A program made the position numbers and the translations under genes. Positions 1 to 19,300 of a stretch of DNA of 64,000 bases are shown piece by piece. The stretch covers positions 7,192,001 to 7,256,000 of the forward strand of contig NC_088857.1 of NCBI RefSeq assembly GCF_963853765.1, read 5' to 3'. Positions within the stretch are counted from its first letter, which is position 1; every line of letters begins with the position of its first letter. This DNA comes from Magallana gigas. Taxonomy: Eukaryota. The notes under the pieces were generated by a model that saw only the letters and a list, made by a program, of their open reading frames with translations, did not search any database and was not told the origin of the DNA.

Positions 1-419
1 GGCTATGTACGATGCCTTTCCCGTTATAATGATAAATCAACATGCGTCTTTGTTATAATTTTAACAAAAACACGATCAAATAAATAAGTTATTGTTGATC
101 ATAACAATAAAAAGCTAATGCATACCAGTCGGCATTTTCAGTGTTTACGTTATATGGAGGCGGCCATTAATTTATTGGTGACTATGGATACCATATTGGC
201 TGCACATTTTCGGATTTCAAAATTGATCTCAAATTTATTGAATTTTTAATGAATAAATTATCTGATTGTTTTATCTGATATTATTTGGAAATTATTACTG
301 AACAATTTTATAGCATTATAAATCAGTCATTAATTCGAAACCTTCGTATCAGAACAACTTCCGCTGACATTGAGTATCTTCTGAGTTTGACGGCGCTGAG
401 ACGGCAATCCGAACTTGCC

Positions 420-6518
<6,099 letters not shown>

Positions 6519-7593
6519 CTGCCATTAGTGAGAGGACTGGAAGAATCATTGTAGTGCTAGGGCCCCCTACATCTAGGAGTCCTTAATACTCTAACAAATT
6601 TTCCTGGTGACAGAGATTTAACATGCTGTACACAATCCGTGAAGGAATCTCAAATGAAAAGAAATTGTTGTTGAACTATGTTAAGAGTTTTTGTTTTGTT
6701 TTTTAATCAAGTGCTGTTGGAGACCTATATATACATTTACGTGTATTTATTTCATTTTTGTGTCTAAGGATGAATAATGAGTTTGAGCCATACAAAGTTG
6801 AGTTATGGTCAAGCCATATAGTATTTACTCTGCATTGTTTTTATGTAAAATTCATGGATAAGTAGAAATTAATAAATGTACAAAATTGTTGTTCTTATCT
6901 TATGAATTTTTAAAATCCTTTTATCTTTTTGAAAGAAGAACCATTCTAAATATGACTTGAATAGAGCTATAGAAGTATTATTCTATAATGTTATTCATAG
7001 TTAAAATGAATATGATATATTGTTGATGGCTATAATATATTGATAAATACATATCAGTGGTAATAAGCTTCCCTAATTGTCATTGGAGCTCACTGAAAGA
7101 TTTGAATAGCGGTTTATTTTTGGAAACTTCACCTGAATCTCTTAAAGATGACGTGAATTCATAAGAGGATAAGGTAACAAATTTATTTTCCACCACTCCT
7201 CAACTGCTACTAGGGTTTATATGCAGGTCCAGAAAGCTTTCCAATGACGCATTCAGGTTGCGTAATCTTTAATTTCATAGGTATTTAAATTATCTGGTAC
7301 TGATAGTGTTGCCTTACTTCACGTGTATATCGAAAACGTGTATCGTTCATGCAGAGTGCACATCGTCTGCACCATGGCATAGTGCAGACCCCGGCACAAC
7401 ATCCAACATAGTAAACAAACGATAGTCAATCCTAAAGTAACAGCGTGTTGTCATTTTCATTGGTTTCTACATAACTCCCTTACAAGAAAATCACGAACTA
7501 TAAAAAACATTTTTTACAACGTCTCTTAATTAACTATCTCAAAGTAAGCAACGCAGACTAGCAATTGAAAATATGGGTTTGGTTAGAAAGAAT

Positions 7594-7861
7594 TTAAGGT
7601 GGTATGGGACATTTGTCAATATTAATGTGGATTAATTAAAGTACATTATAGTTAAAATACTTTCAACATTTTAGAATTTTCAAATTTTACAAAATTTCAC
7701 AAAAAATACGTTTTAAAAATTTTTGGTAGAAAGGTAGAAATTTTAATATTCGAACTCCAGAGTGAAACCTCTAACCCACTGCGTTTATAGCTATAAATAT
7801 CATATCTAAAAAATTAAGAAAGATTCGATGGCTATTATTGTTGACTACTCAGCCCCCTTAA
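7594..7861. mobile_element. Degraded TTAA-ended MITE (Kolobok-like), same family as the nested copy at about 10970-11280
   Basis: Begins TTAAGGTGGTATGGGAC and shares internal blocks (aaaaaatacgtttta..aaatttttgg, tcgaactc..ctaacccactgcg) with 11050-11170. The right end near cccccttaa is uncertain. Confidence 0.55.
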
Positions 7862-8793
7862 TTACTTATGTTCTAGTACTTTATAAGTTCCTACCATGTT
7901 TATGTTACAAATCCTTGTTTTATCCTTGTCACAATATTGTAATTTTTCAAGTTACATTCTGAAGTCGGTAGACCAACAAAAACAGGTCACCCGATACTAC
8001 TTTTAATAAGGTTCATTAAAACTAGGACTAGGGAAGTTCAGGGACGATTTCTTCCCCCGGGTACATGACAGAAGAATGTCCCCTCCCAAATAGTTCTGTA
8101 GCGAGACGTATTTAACCAGATAGCCTCCTCAATTACCGTAATAAATGATAGTATACGCAATTTGAATGATTTATAAAATTGAAGCTTTGAGACATATTGA
8201 CAGACAAACAACCAATGATGACTTGTTAGGGCATCAATCTCTCATTTACTTGACTGTTACTAATATTTGTCAGGGATACAGATTTGATATTGCTTTCTTT
8301 CTCTTTAATTCGTATGTTTTGGAGATTGAAATCATTGGCACAGTCAAGCTTAATTTGTATTTTTTTCTGCAACATCCCTACCTGAAAAACTCAAATTTAT
8401 TAAATTAACGTATTAAAATTTTCGAAAATAGGCATCATACCCCCACCCATGGAACACAAGATTATCCCCCCTCCGGAAAAATTTTTCTGGATCCGCGCAT
8501 GATACCCTGATTAACCTTATTAAAATCATTTAATATCTAAATAAATATATCAAGAATTAATTTCAAATAAAAACATGCAGAAATCATTTATTCTTTAAAA
8601 TCTCGCTAAAAAAACAAGGCAATTTAAAATATTTACAGTAGAACAAATTAAAGGGAAAGTGCCATTCTAAAACTCTACATATAATTTTCATATATCAAAT
8701 TCTTAAAATATACAAAATTTCAAATGTACAATTCTGTAAAATATAAAAATTTAAGCACTGTTTTCCAAACCAAAACAAATTTGCCATATAGCA

Positions 8794-11700
8794 CTACAAA
8801 CAGTATTCTTGAGAGCCTCCCGAATCAGTTAGAAAGCCGTACTGATATAATGGAGGTAATCCGAAAGGAAAACCAGTCTCTTCTGTTAATGCTGGGTATG
8901 TATAAGGGGAGCTGTGATAAAACGTAGACGACTGTGGCATCACTGCTGCTGTGTACGCAGGCGCCATCCGGTAACTCTCCGGGGTCGAATATGCAGCGTT
9001 CATGGGTACCTTTAAAAACTGGGGGGACATTTCAGATGATTCACCCGACAAGATCGGAGATAAATTTAGAGGACTGACATTTCTCAAGTCCGGTAATTCT
9101 GGAGTTTTGCGATCATCCTGGTAATCGTTGACGCCGGTATATAAGACATTTGTAATTGGGGATGACGTATGCGTGAGATCACTTCTGCTGAGAAGGTTGA
9201 GAGAGTGTTCGATGATGTTTGCGTCCGTCAGCGATAGATCGGAACTGGTGTTGGAAACGAACACGTCAGAGACGATACCACTGTCATCCCTAGTACCACT
9301 ACTATTGTTCGAACGGTCATCGATCAAATGCTCAGTTTTTGAACTCTGGGACTCATCAATGTTTCCGGGAATTTGTGTTTCTGGCTGTTTGTTTTGGTCT
9401 TCTTCTATGGAGACAGTACCAGTTTTCGGCATAGAGATTGCATTCATTTCCAGATTTCGGGCGTCGAAGAAATTCCCTCTTTGACATGCTTCCTCGTGTC
9501 TTGGGATTTCACAGAGCTGTTCCTCGAAAATCTCTCCTGGCTGATTACACCTTGAGAGAGATCCTCTGAATCCCGCCATTTTCTTTTCCAGGTAGATCGC
9601 CACTTGTCCCCAGAATTGCCCGGCGTTGACGCTGTAGTAGCCGTACTGCAGTGTATTCACCCCACTGCCTCGGTCAGACGACGGCCGATAGTCGCCCCGC
9701 GCAAAACTAATGATGCTGGAGGGGACGAGACACCACAGGTAAGTGGCTTTGTGGAGTTTCTTGGTCACCGCGACGCCTCGCCCCACGGAGATCTTAGAGA
9801 AACACTTGGTTTTAGACAAGCTGTGCCGCACGGCGTTCTTCCAGTGCTGTCGGCTGGACGTCCGGAAGAAGGAGAAGCGACTCTGGATGTACTTGTAGAT
9901 CTCTCCGATCGGCAGACAGAAGTTGGGCGACCGTAGGATGGCCAGGAACACCAGCTCGCTGTAGGAGTAGTTGGGTTTGGTGCCGGGGTCGTCGTCCGGA
10001 CTCAGACGCTCATACAGACGGACAAAGTCCCCTAACACCTGACGTAGCTGTAGCTCGGCGGCCATGAACATCTCTTTGCCGCAGTCGGCATCTGAAAGGA
10101 CAGGTTAGAACTTAAGCAGTAATTTATGAATCTTGGTGATCCATTTTAAATAAACAAAACTAAACGAATTCGATTCTTAAATTTGACTCGGAAATTTCTG
10201 TTCATCTCCCCTAACTGTGAGACAATTTGTCCAGTTAGAGTATTTTTTAACAATACTATTTATTTAAGGTGGCTCTACACACCCACAGTTTATTCCAATT
10301 TTCAATAGAAGACCACAAAACATATACTTATCAAATATTAAAATGACGATAGGGATACTATAGGTATTTTTAAAGAATTTTTTAATGTTTTTTCGTGTTT
10401 TTGTAAAATATTTTTTAAAAAGACAGCTATCAACAAATTGAGAGAAATTATTTTGTCATATGATGGATATTTCCTTCGGACACATAAAAAAAAATATAAC
10501 ACTTCTTAACATTCAAAAATGTTATTATTGCAATTTTTTTTTAGTATTTCCCCAAAACATATTTTTTCATATTTTCTTACTCTGTTGACAAATCATCTGA
10601 AAAAGTTGCTTGATGTTATAAGAAAATGTATTTTAATAAATGTGAAATAAAAAATTGAATGAAAACAATTGCAAATAAACACAAAAAATATTTTATTTGG
10701 TATGAAAGTTCCTCATGTAAGGGTTATCGTTCCTAAATCGCAAGGCCCAAACACCTTGGGGACTTTTCATCTCTAAGTTGAAGAAAATTTCCTAAATATA
10801 ATGTTGGAATGATTAATACATGCATATTTCATAATAGACTTTGCCCTGTATAAGTGAATATATTCGCTTTAGTGCAAAACTAAGTCAAATAAATAAAGGG
10901 GAACATTGACTAGGCTAATAGGATTTATGTATCCCAACCTGAGAGAAATTCAAAGCAACCCTCTCATCCCCGTTAGGTGTCGATATTAATGTGCATTAAA
11001 GTATATTATAATTGAAATATTTTCACCTATTTAGAATTTTCTTTCACGGTATTCAACCAAAAAATACGTTTTAGAAATTTTTGGAAAGTTAAAAAATTTA
11101 TTGTTCTCAACGGGAATCGAACTCATGACCTACTGGTTTGTAGTGAACCCACTAACCCACTGCGCTACGGTGTAACATATCGATGATGCTAAAAAAACTC
11201 TTTAAAAATTTATACTTGATTTTATTGTTTATTTCGATAAATAATACCACACAACGTGAAGGTGTCACATACCACATTACTTGTAAGTAATGAATTTTCC
11301 AATTATCAAATTAAATCTATCCATTTAACAAATTTTTCAAAATAGCGGTTCCCATACAATTCACCTCAGTTTAAATCAGCCAGTACCGGAAATGCATGTT
11401 TCCAGATTTACTTTTTTGCGTACTGCGTCATCAAAAAGTGGTGTATAGAGCCACCTTAACAATAAAATCATTAAATATCCGTGCATTCTACATAGTATAC
11501 AAAAAGAGTTCAAGCAGACTCGCTTCAAAATGTGTAATGATCCCTCACTTGAATTTTCACGAAATAGTTGAAGCAGAGAAAACTGACTTTACACAAGGAA
11601 TTGGGCATATTGTAGCCACCTAAATAAAAGATCGTATTTAATTTTAATTGTGGTTTAATCTGTACAAACATTGTCTTTGAAGTTTATTTTTAATTTTCAA

Positions 11701-12976
11701 AACCGTCCAGGTCCCACCAAATAAGGTAAAAAAAAAAAGGCTGAATTTTAACTCCTTAATTTGTTAGCAAAAATATCGTCATTTCTCACGTCAAAAATAT
11801 ACTGCCGGTGATGCAAACAAATGAACCACATATCGTACGTTTTTTTTAAATAACACAAATCAACCCAACTGACCAAGCGGCCGAAACACTCTTAAAACGT
11901 GTGATTTACTTGGGTCAAAATTGACTCTTATCATGTACATAGTCCTTTGAATCAGCAATGTATAGACGCGGGAATCGTTTAAACTTACGATCTTTCGAAA
12001 CTGTAGAGATGCGTTATGACGTTGTGTCTCGGTATTAAAAAATATTTTTTTAAACAAATTTTGTGTAATTTTTAGACGAACTTTCTTTGATGCTATTATT
12101 TGAACGAATACATTAGCCATATGACCACAAGACGGGTTTTTCAAGCACTGAAATATGTATTTCAGCAATAAAAATACTTTTGTAATGATTTATACACCAT
12201 TACAATTTTTAAAAGAGTGCTTTTTGACACTTCTTATTATGTACAGATGTGAATAATTTTTTTCCACATCAAGTGTTAGAGAATGATCTATGAAATATAA
12301 ACTTACATATACATATACACTGTCATTTACACACAAAAATGAGTTAAAAACAGAAAAAATATATAAAACTGAGTTATGATCTTTCACGTTGATACTTTCT
12401 ATAGTAAACAGGTACGTATACTTAGTGTGATAAAATTACATGTACAAGCAATATTAATCTGTTATATCTTAGAAATCATTAACCAATTTTCGGATATAAA
12501 AAATTAGTGCGAAGGGAAAACACTGTACAGGAAAGTACCGTAGTGTAATTAATGAAAAAAATGGTTTTTACTATAAATCTTCGAAGGAATGACTTTGAAT
12601 TTTATACAGTTAACATTTTTTCATCATTGTGACGGCACACAAGATTACACATTACATTTTGAACTAGATCACAACTGTATGATAAAAACACACATTTACT
12701 TATTTTCTGTAGAGTATCGATATTTCACCAAAAAAAAAAATTAACCTAAATAAAGGTTAAACAGATGTAACATCATTCGCGAACTTTTTGTTGGCATTCA
12801 CGCATTTTAAACTACCTATCACAATTCATTGAATTCAATATTTCTTCCCCAAAATACTACTTTTTTAATATGAGTAAATATATGGGCTGACGGGTACCTT
12901 GTAGTGTGTTGGCGTGTTTGGTAGCGGGTCCCTCAGAATTCCCCAGATCTTGCTCCTCTCTTTTCCGTTTCACCAT
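8794..12976 (-). CDS. Divergent forkhead-box (winged helix) transcription factor; 2 coding exons, about 458 aa; subclass not assignable by eye
   Basis: Exon 1 is 12976-12898 (MVKRKREEQDLG..., phase-1 donor G|GTACCC). It joins the phase-1 acceptor tttcag|AT at 10091, and exon 2 runs to the stop at 8794. The forkhead domain reads KPNYSYSELVFLAILRSP...IGEIYKYIQSRFSFFR...HWKNAVRHSLSKTKCFSK and is followed by a long Ser/Pro/acidic tail. Confidence 0.9.
10264..11459. mobile_element. Non-autonomous DNA transposon with TIRs and TTAA ends (Kolobok-like) in the forkhead gene intron, carrying a nested MITE
   Basis: The left end TTAAGGTGGCTCTACACACC and right end GGTGTATAGAGCCACCTTAA are inverted repeats with one mismatch. 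There is no ORF. The internal segment at about 10970-11280 ends in aaggtgtcacataccacatta, an end of the 7594 family. Confidence 0.8.
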
Positions 12977-15900
12977 CGTCTCAAAATGTTCACTCAAATC
13001 TAGCAGGCTTTGGCAGAATTCTAGCGTCCGCACATGTCACGGGAAAATTAGATTTTGATTCTCGTTTGAAATTTCTCAAAATATAAGATAAGAATGTCAG
13101 TTTTGTTTTCTTTCTGGCCTGAGCTTTTGTTGACACTGTGAGCTCAAATCACGTGGGGGTTACCGGAGCGTGTCAGAATCGTGAGTTGGTCATCTCTTAC
13201 TCGGTCCCCGCTAACACACTGTACCCTGCTATTGACCAATTAAGAAAACAAAGACGAATTGGCGATTTAATGACAAACAACTTAAACGGCGGTGTATATT
13301 ATCACTGTTTGGTGCGAAATAGATGATTATTGAAAACAATACCGAAATGTGCGTTTCTATGTATGGTGTTTGTGATAAAAAATCAAAGTGTGGAATGGCA
13401 CTTGTTAAAATATATGAGAAAAAGTCGACACAATAGCATTTTGAACCTTTAGCTATTGTACTAAGCAATGATCTTATATATGACATTTTTTACTCAAATG
13501 ACAAATTAATTAAAATAACCACAAAAAGTTCTTCGAGTACTAGAAAGATTTTGTATGATAAATATTTTATATGAATAATTTATAATAAAGGTTTATATTA
13601 AATTTGATATAAATATTTATATTAAAGTAAATAAAAAAAACCAAACTAATATAAGTTGTAGAAATTGTTTATCAATCTTTGTAAAAAAAAAAAAGTTCAG
13701 TACGAGAAACAAATTGAGACGACAATATATAAATTATATATTTTCTATGCGATTTCTGTGTTAAATAAATTATTTTAATTTTTTTTTAAATATTAATTAA
13801 AAATCCTTAGACATAGTTTCTCTCAGATTTATACAGATGCATAATCAATTCAACGCAGGAGTAAAATTTAATGACAAGATTTCGGATAATCTTCCCTTTC
13901 AAAAACGGTGCTACGTGCCTTTAGTTATTGCTACAGAAAAATGTAAAGTACTAGTAATTTAAACTCATGGAGTTTTTTTTTTTTATCACGAAATAGTATT
14001 CACTCAAACAATGTAATAGATTCTTTGGTGATTTATACTGGAACGAAGACAGCGACATTGCACCCCCCCCCCCCAAAAAAAAATCCCAAAACTACATCAA
14101 CAAACAAACATAAAACGTATCCATGTTTGCGGGTTACACGTATGTTGTTTTTTTCTGCAATGATCGCTACCTGTTCATAGCCTGCGTGAATCATCTTTCT
14201 TTTTAAAAAAAAATGTTGAATTAAGTATAGACAGTAAGTAAAAGTAATTAAATTATTGTTAATATCCATCTGTATGTTAGATAGAAGAAATAGCCTATTC
14301 TTTATCAAAATTCAAAAAATTATAATTTCAATGACATGTAAATCATTAGTTTCTATCTATCAGTTTCTATCGAGCATTGAATCATCACTTTTCCTAAGAA
14401 ATAAAGGAGAAAATACTAAGTGGATGTAAATATGCATATTGTAATTGATTGGTCAGCGATTTTCTGTGATTATATACAATATACAAGGTACATGTACAAA
14501 GTTCTACTGAAATCTAAGGAAGGGAAAAAATGTCATAGAACGAGAAAATTATAAATGACAGATTTCTATAGGTATACCTTAATCATAAAACAGCTCAATT
14601 AGATTAATTGACTTGAGTGAGTGAGTCAAAGATGTCTTAAATTCAGTTACTGAAAAGTTGTGAAAATGTTAGTCTTTTAAAAAATATTAACTTTAGACAT
14701 TCTGAATCATTTCTGAATAACTATCTGGCTATTTCTCTTGAAATATGAATAAATTGAAATAGAATTGCTGACTAAAAATATGTGCCCAGTAATTTCAAAT
14801 GTAAACGCCATTACTAATTTACATCTGAACTACATGTAACTGATTACTCAATTTTTTCACATTCACTTATTGGGACTAAAGATTTTACATGAAAAAAATG
14901 ATTATCTTTTTAAAGTAAACAAAAAAGTACCTGACACAAAGTTTCTAAGGAATGTACGTAAGTACATATATATCACAAATAAATATACACAATTAACAAT
15001 CTTTTATTGTGGAAAAAAATGCAGGCAAGATAAAAAGTTCAACATAGAAAATAATATCAACATAGAAATCAAATATGACTGATGATTTACTTGATAACAA
15101 AGTGTATTAGTTAAATATAATGTGAAAACTAAGACTATTTCATTTATATATCACAGCTGGAAGAACAGACAACAATGAACAAGACAGACCATACCCTTTG
15201 TATTCTACACAATTCAATTTGATTTAATTCACTCACACCATCAATATGACAGTACATGAGGTACATATACTAGGTTTACAATTGTTCATACAATGTTTAT
15301 AAAATATGACAAATACACTGCATATTTACAAACGTCAGTACCATAACAATCTAACAAAAATAGGTCACTCTGAGAATTGTGTGGAATTAATGTTAACATT
15401 GTATTGGTTTTAAAAATACTGTAAATATACTATATTTAACATGTCTGATATTTGGCAGAAATCAATTTTGAACAGAAAATGATTTTTTACTTTTAAACAA
15501 GTTAGCTTAGAATTGATTAAGTGCATTCTGGAAGCTATATATTCACACAAATACATGAATGACATATGGGGATGTACTGTAGATTCCTAACAAGTGTGAA
15601 GAATTAATATCCACGAAAAATTGTGAGAGGTATATCTCAAGAATTTTAAAATCTCGCTTTTATTTTTCAGGTATATGTTAACTACATGAAACTATGATAA
15701 AAATTTGGTGTTCGCAATTTTATGTTCTCGCGATTTGATGGAAAACAGCTGAATTATGTACTCCCGTAAAATAAAAATCTACAATACTTGATTGATTGGG
15801 AGATGTGATGTGTTCTGCTAAAAATTGCTGCATAGAATACACAGCCAACTGTAGGACATTAATATTGCATGTTTTGGCATTTGATGCAAGATACATTTGT

Positions 15901-16301
15901 GTAGAGATGCATATTCTCAAAGCCAATGGTTATGCATATAGCATGTCTTAAAGAGGATCAAGACTAAAAATCAAATCTCTTTATCAATGCATCATCCATG
16001 TATCAATTAAGTAGATTTGGTCCCACCGCTATGATGTAAAGTAGGAGTAGAAAACAAGTAATTGGTCGCTTATCTAAGGCCATCCTGAGACACAGACCTG
16101 CAAATTCATCGATTGTATTCATTGATCATTGTATTTGTAACATGTAGATATCTGGAAGCATTTGTTAATACTGGCATGACATTCCATTACAAATGTTTAG
16201 CAAGTTCCTATGTTAAGTGCCTGAGGTGACCTATAGAAAGAATACATGGCGATGCGTGTGAGAGTGATGTCCCTTGATCACACTGACAATCTGACACCGA
16301 C

Positions 16302-19300
16302 TCATGATGGAGGAATCAGCACTCTGTCTCTGTGATGGCCGTTCACTGTGTGTCTGAGGAGTGGAGACCGCTCATCTGGATCCTCCCCTGAGTCCTCTTC
16401 AGGATCCACACTGTACCGGGCTGGTACCCTGTCATTTTCTGGTTCTACCCTCCTCCCACATCTCCTTCTACTGGTAGGGAAATCTTGGCGACCCCAGTCC
16501 CGATAAAACTGGATAAAGGTTCCCAGAAGAAACAGCAGAAACCAGACACAGGTCAAAATGATCTCTGAAAAAGAGATTACAACACTGATACTGACACGGC
16601 CATTACACTCAGATAGAAGATAAAATCAAATGACTGAAGACTTCATCACACAGTACCCTTAGAAGTTAGTTACAATCATATTCAGTGTCTAGATGATTAC
16701 CTTTAATGGTAAAAGGTGCTGTATTGAGGACATTGACATAGCCAACATCTGTGGAATGTCTGATGGAGGTCAATACAACATACTTCATCCCACTGCTTAG
16801 AAACATGTCTGGGACTAGAACTATCAGGTACGTCCCAACGAAGGAACAGGACAGGATGTTGAGCTGAAATATTCAAGAGGCAGAAAATACTGACACTGGT
16901 AAATGCATTGTCTATTGCAATTTAATTAATGCATATTTGAAATTAATGTTGAAGAAAGCTTACAAAAGAACAAAACAATTGAAAGAAAAATTGAATTTTT
17001 CAATTGTACGTGTGTGTATGTGTGAGTGAAGAGAGAAAAAAAAAAGAGAGAGAAAGTTCGTCTGTTAATTACCGTTTTGGTATAAGCAAGGATAAAAACA
17101 GGGATGGCTAAGACTCCACATGTGAAGGCCATGGCATAATTAAATGGTCTGTTCCAGTATGAAAGATTTCCTTTGACAAAAACAAGAGAAAAGCTATCAT
17201 TGTGAAAGCAAACGTTTTTCTTTTTTGTGAACAGTATCCATAATCCATTTGTCACCCTTGAATTGATAACCACTACCTATCCAGAAAAATGGTATACTCT
17301 ATTTGCAATATTTCCAAAAAAAAAATGATTAAATCTAGACAGTTTAAGAGCTGATATTTTGTGCACAAGTTCAAAAAATCAAAACCGAAGTGATATATAC
17401 ACATCAATAATATATGTAAAATTGATCAAACGAAGTAAAGAGAGTTTTTGTACTTTGTACATGTGCTTTGAAAATTGTACATTCTAACTTACCAAAGGGC
17501 GTATAGAAGACAATACTGGAGAAGAGGTAGCCTGCTAGGAGACCACTGAGCAGTACTGAGATAGTGGCCACACCCAGGAACTCATACATCACCACCCACA
17601 GGGTGGCCGAGACCACACTCAGAATCACGGTCACTGACAGTAGTACTGGAAACAAAGACGACATCAACACTAAGATGAAAAATAACTCAACACATGTACA
17701 AGGCTCTTAGTTTGTTTAGGTAGACTGAGCTTGTTGCATTATTAGAACCAGGCACAAATCTTTTTCTTTTGAATATTTTATTAAAATAAATACAGATTGA
17801 TGAATTAATAAATTAAGTAATAAATCTGGCTCTTTTGTACACTTTTATATAATTTCATGTATATAACTCTTAGCAATCCATATAGACATTTACAAAATTA
17901 GACTAGAATGCACACGCCTAGCTGGTATTGCCTGGTAAAGATGAATTTTGACCCTACCCTAGTTTCATAATGTTTGATTTATCATTTTACAAAATACATC
18001 ACTTTAATAAAATTAATTTGATAGGTGTGAATGTCCATGTCATACCTATATAGTTTTGGGTTGAATATAGAGACAACACACTGTAGTAAATAATGCAGAA
18101 TCCCAAAAAGGCACAAAGAAAGAGACCTGAAAGATAAACTAGTAAATTAGGGGACCATAATATGTACAGGTACATGCACCTGTTAAGGTGGCTTACTACA
18201 CCGTGAAATATTTTCTCAAATCAGCAGAAAATTACTTGATTTTGATAGATATCATAATGGTTAAGTAGTATTTAAGTATAATAGGCAAAATAATGTGCAA
18301 TTTTGGATGAAAAATTACATTTTCAAAAATTTAATTCAGTTAACATGAACAAAAGCTCCTAGTGAATTCGAACTCATGATCTGCGGTTCAGAAGCCCAAT
18401 ACTTTAACCACTCAGCTACGACGACATACAACTCAATCGAACGATATAAACAGTTTAACAATTAAACATTTAAATCGCCATCTTGTGACGTACTGTCTTA
18501 AAAAGTATAAGTCTCTGTGTAGTGAAGTACCTTAACACAGTGTTATATTCAAGTTTTTTCAAAAGTTTAAAAACTTACCTGTCTTAAAGAATCTGTGTCC
18601 CAAAATACTGAGGAAAACTCCAACAACCCCTAGTACACAACAAAGTCCTAGCCATGCTGCCCCTGTACAAAACATCAAAATGATCTCGACATATCAATTC
18701 AATTTTACTAAATCTTGCTAAATGCTATTTAAAGACACCTAGACATGATTCAAGATCAAAATCTTCAATTTTTTTTTTCCAATTTATTATATCTAAAATG
18801 ATCAATATGGGTTTCTTTTTAAAATGCCTTGCCAAAATTTGAAAGTCATTATTGAGCTAAAAGCAAGATACAGAGTTTGAAATTCTTTATGTTGTAAACA
18901 AAGGTTGAGTCTTGTTATTGTTTGGATATGTTTTGGATTGGTATAAGTTTCAATCAAATGATGTTTTCTTTGTTATTGACATTATTTATGAGCACATTTA
19001 CATTTGCCATGAGCCATATTGTCAAAATATAGCAAATCCTTTACTTGGCATTATTTATAAACAAAAATAAGATTCGACCTTTGTTTACAAAACAATGATT
19101 TCTTGCCTCTGAATCTCACTTGTATCTTGACTTCTAACATTCAAATTTTGGTCAATCATTCAAAAAGCACAAGTTAACTATTTCAAATAATAAAATTTTG
19201 AGCTCAAATCATATCTCTGCTGTAAATCTCACTGCTGTAAATCACTCACCATACACTGTACAGCCAACCCAGTCTGATGTAAATCACTCACCATACATTT

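Noticed and set aside
9128-9936. Plus-strand ORFs of 60-118 aa (also 3757-4066, 43868-44236, 52511-52762)
   Set aside because: They are shadow frames of real or probable coding exons.
11110-11170. tRNA genes here and at 18355-18425 and 23680-23745
   Set aside because: A/B boxes are present, but the acceptor and anticodon stems do not pair and each lies inside a repeat.
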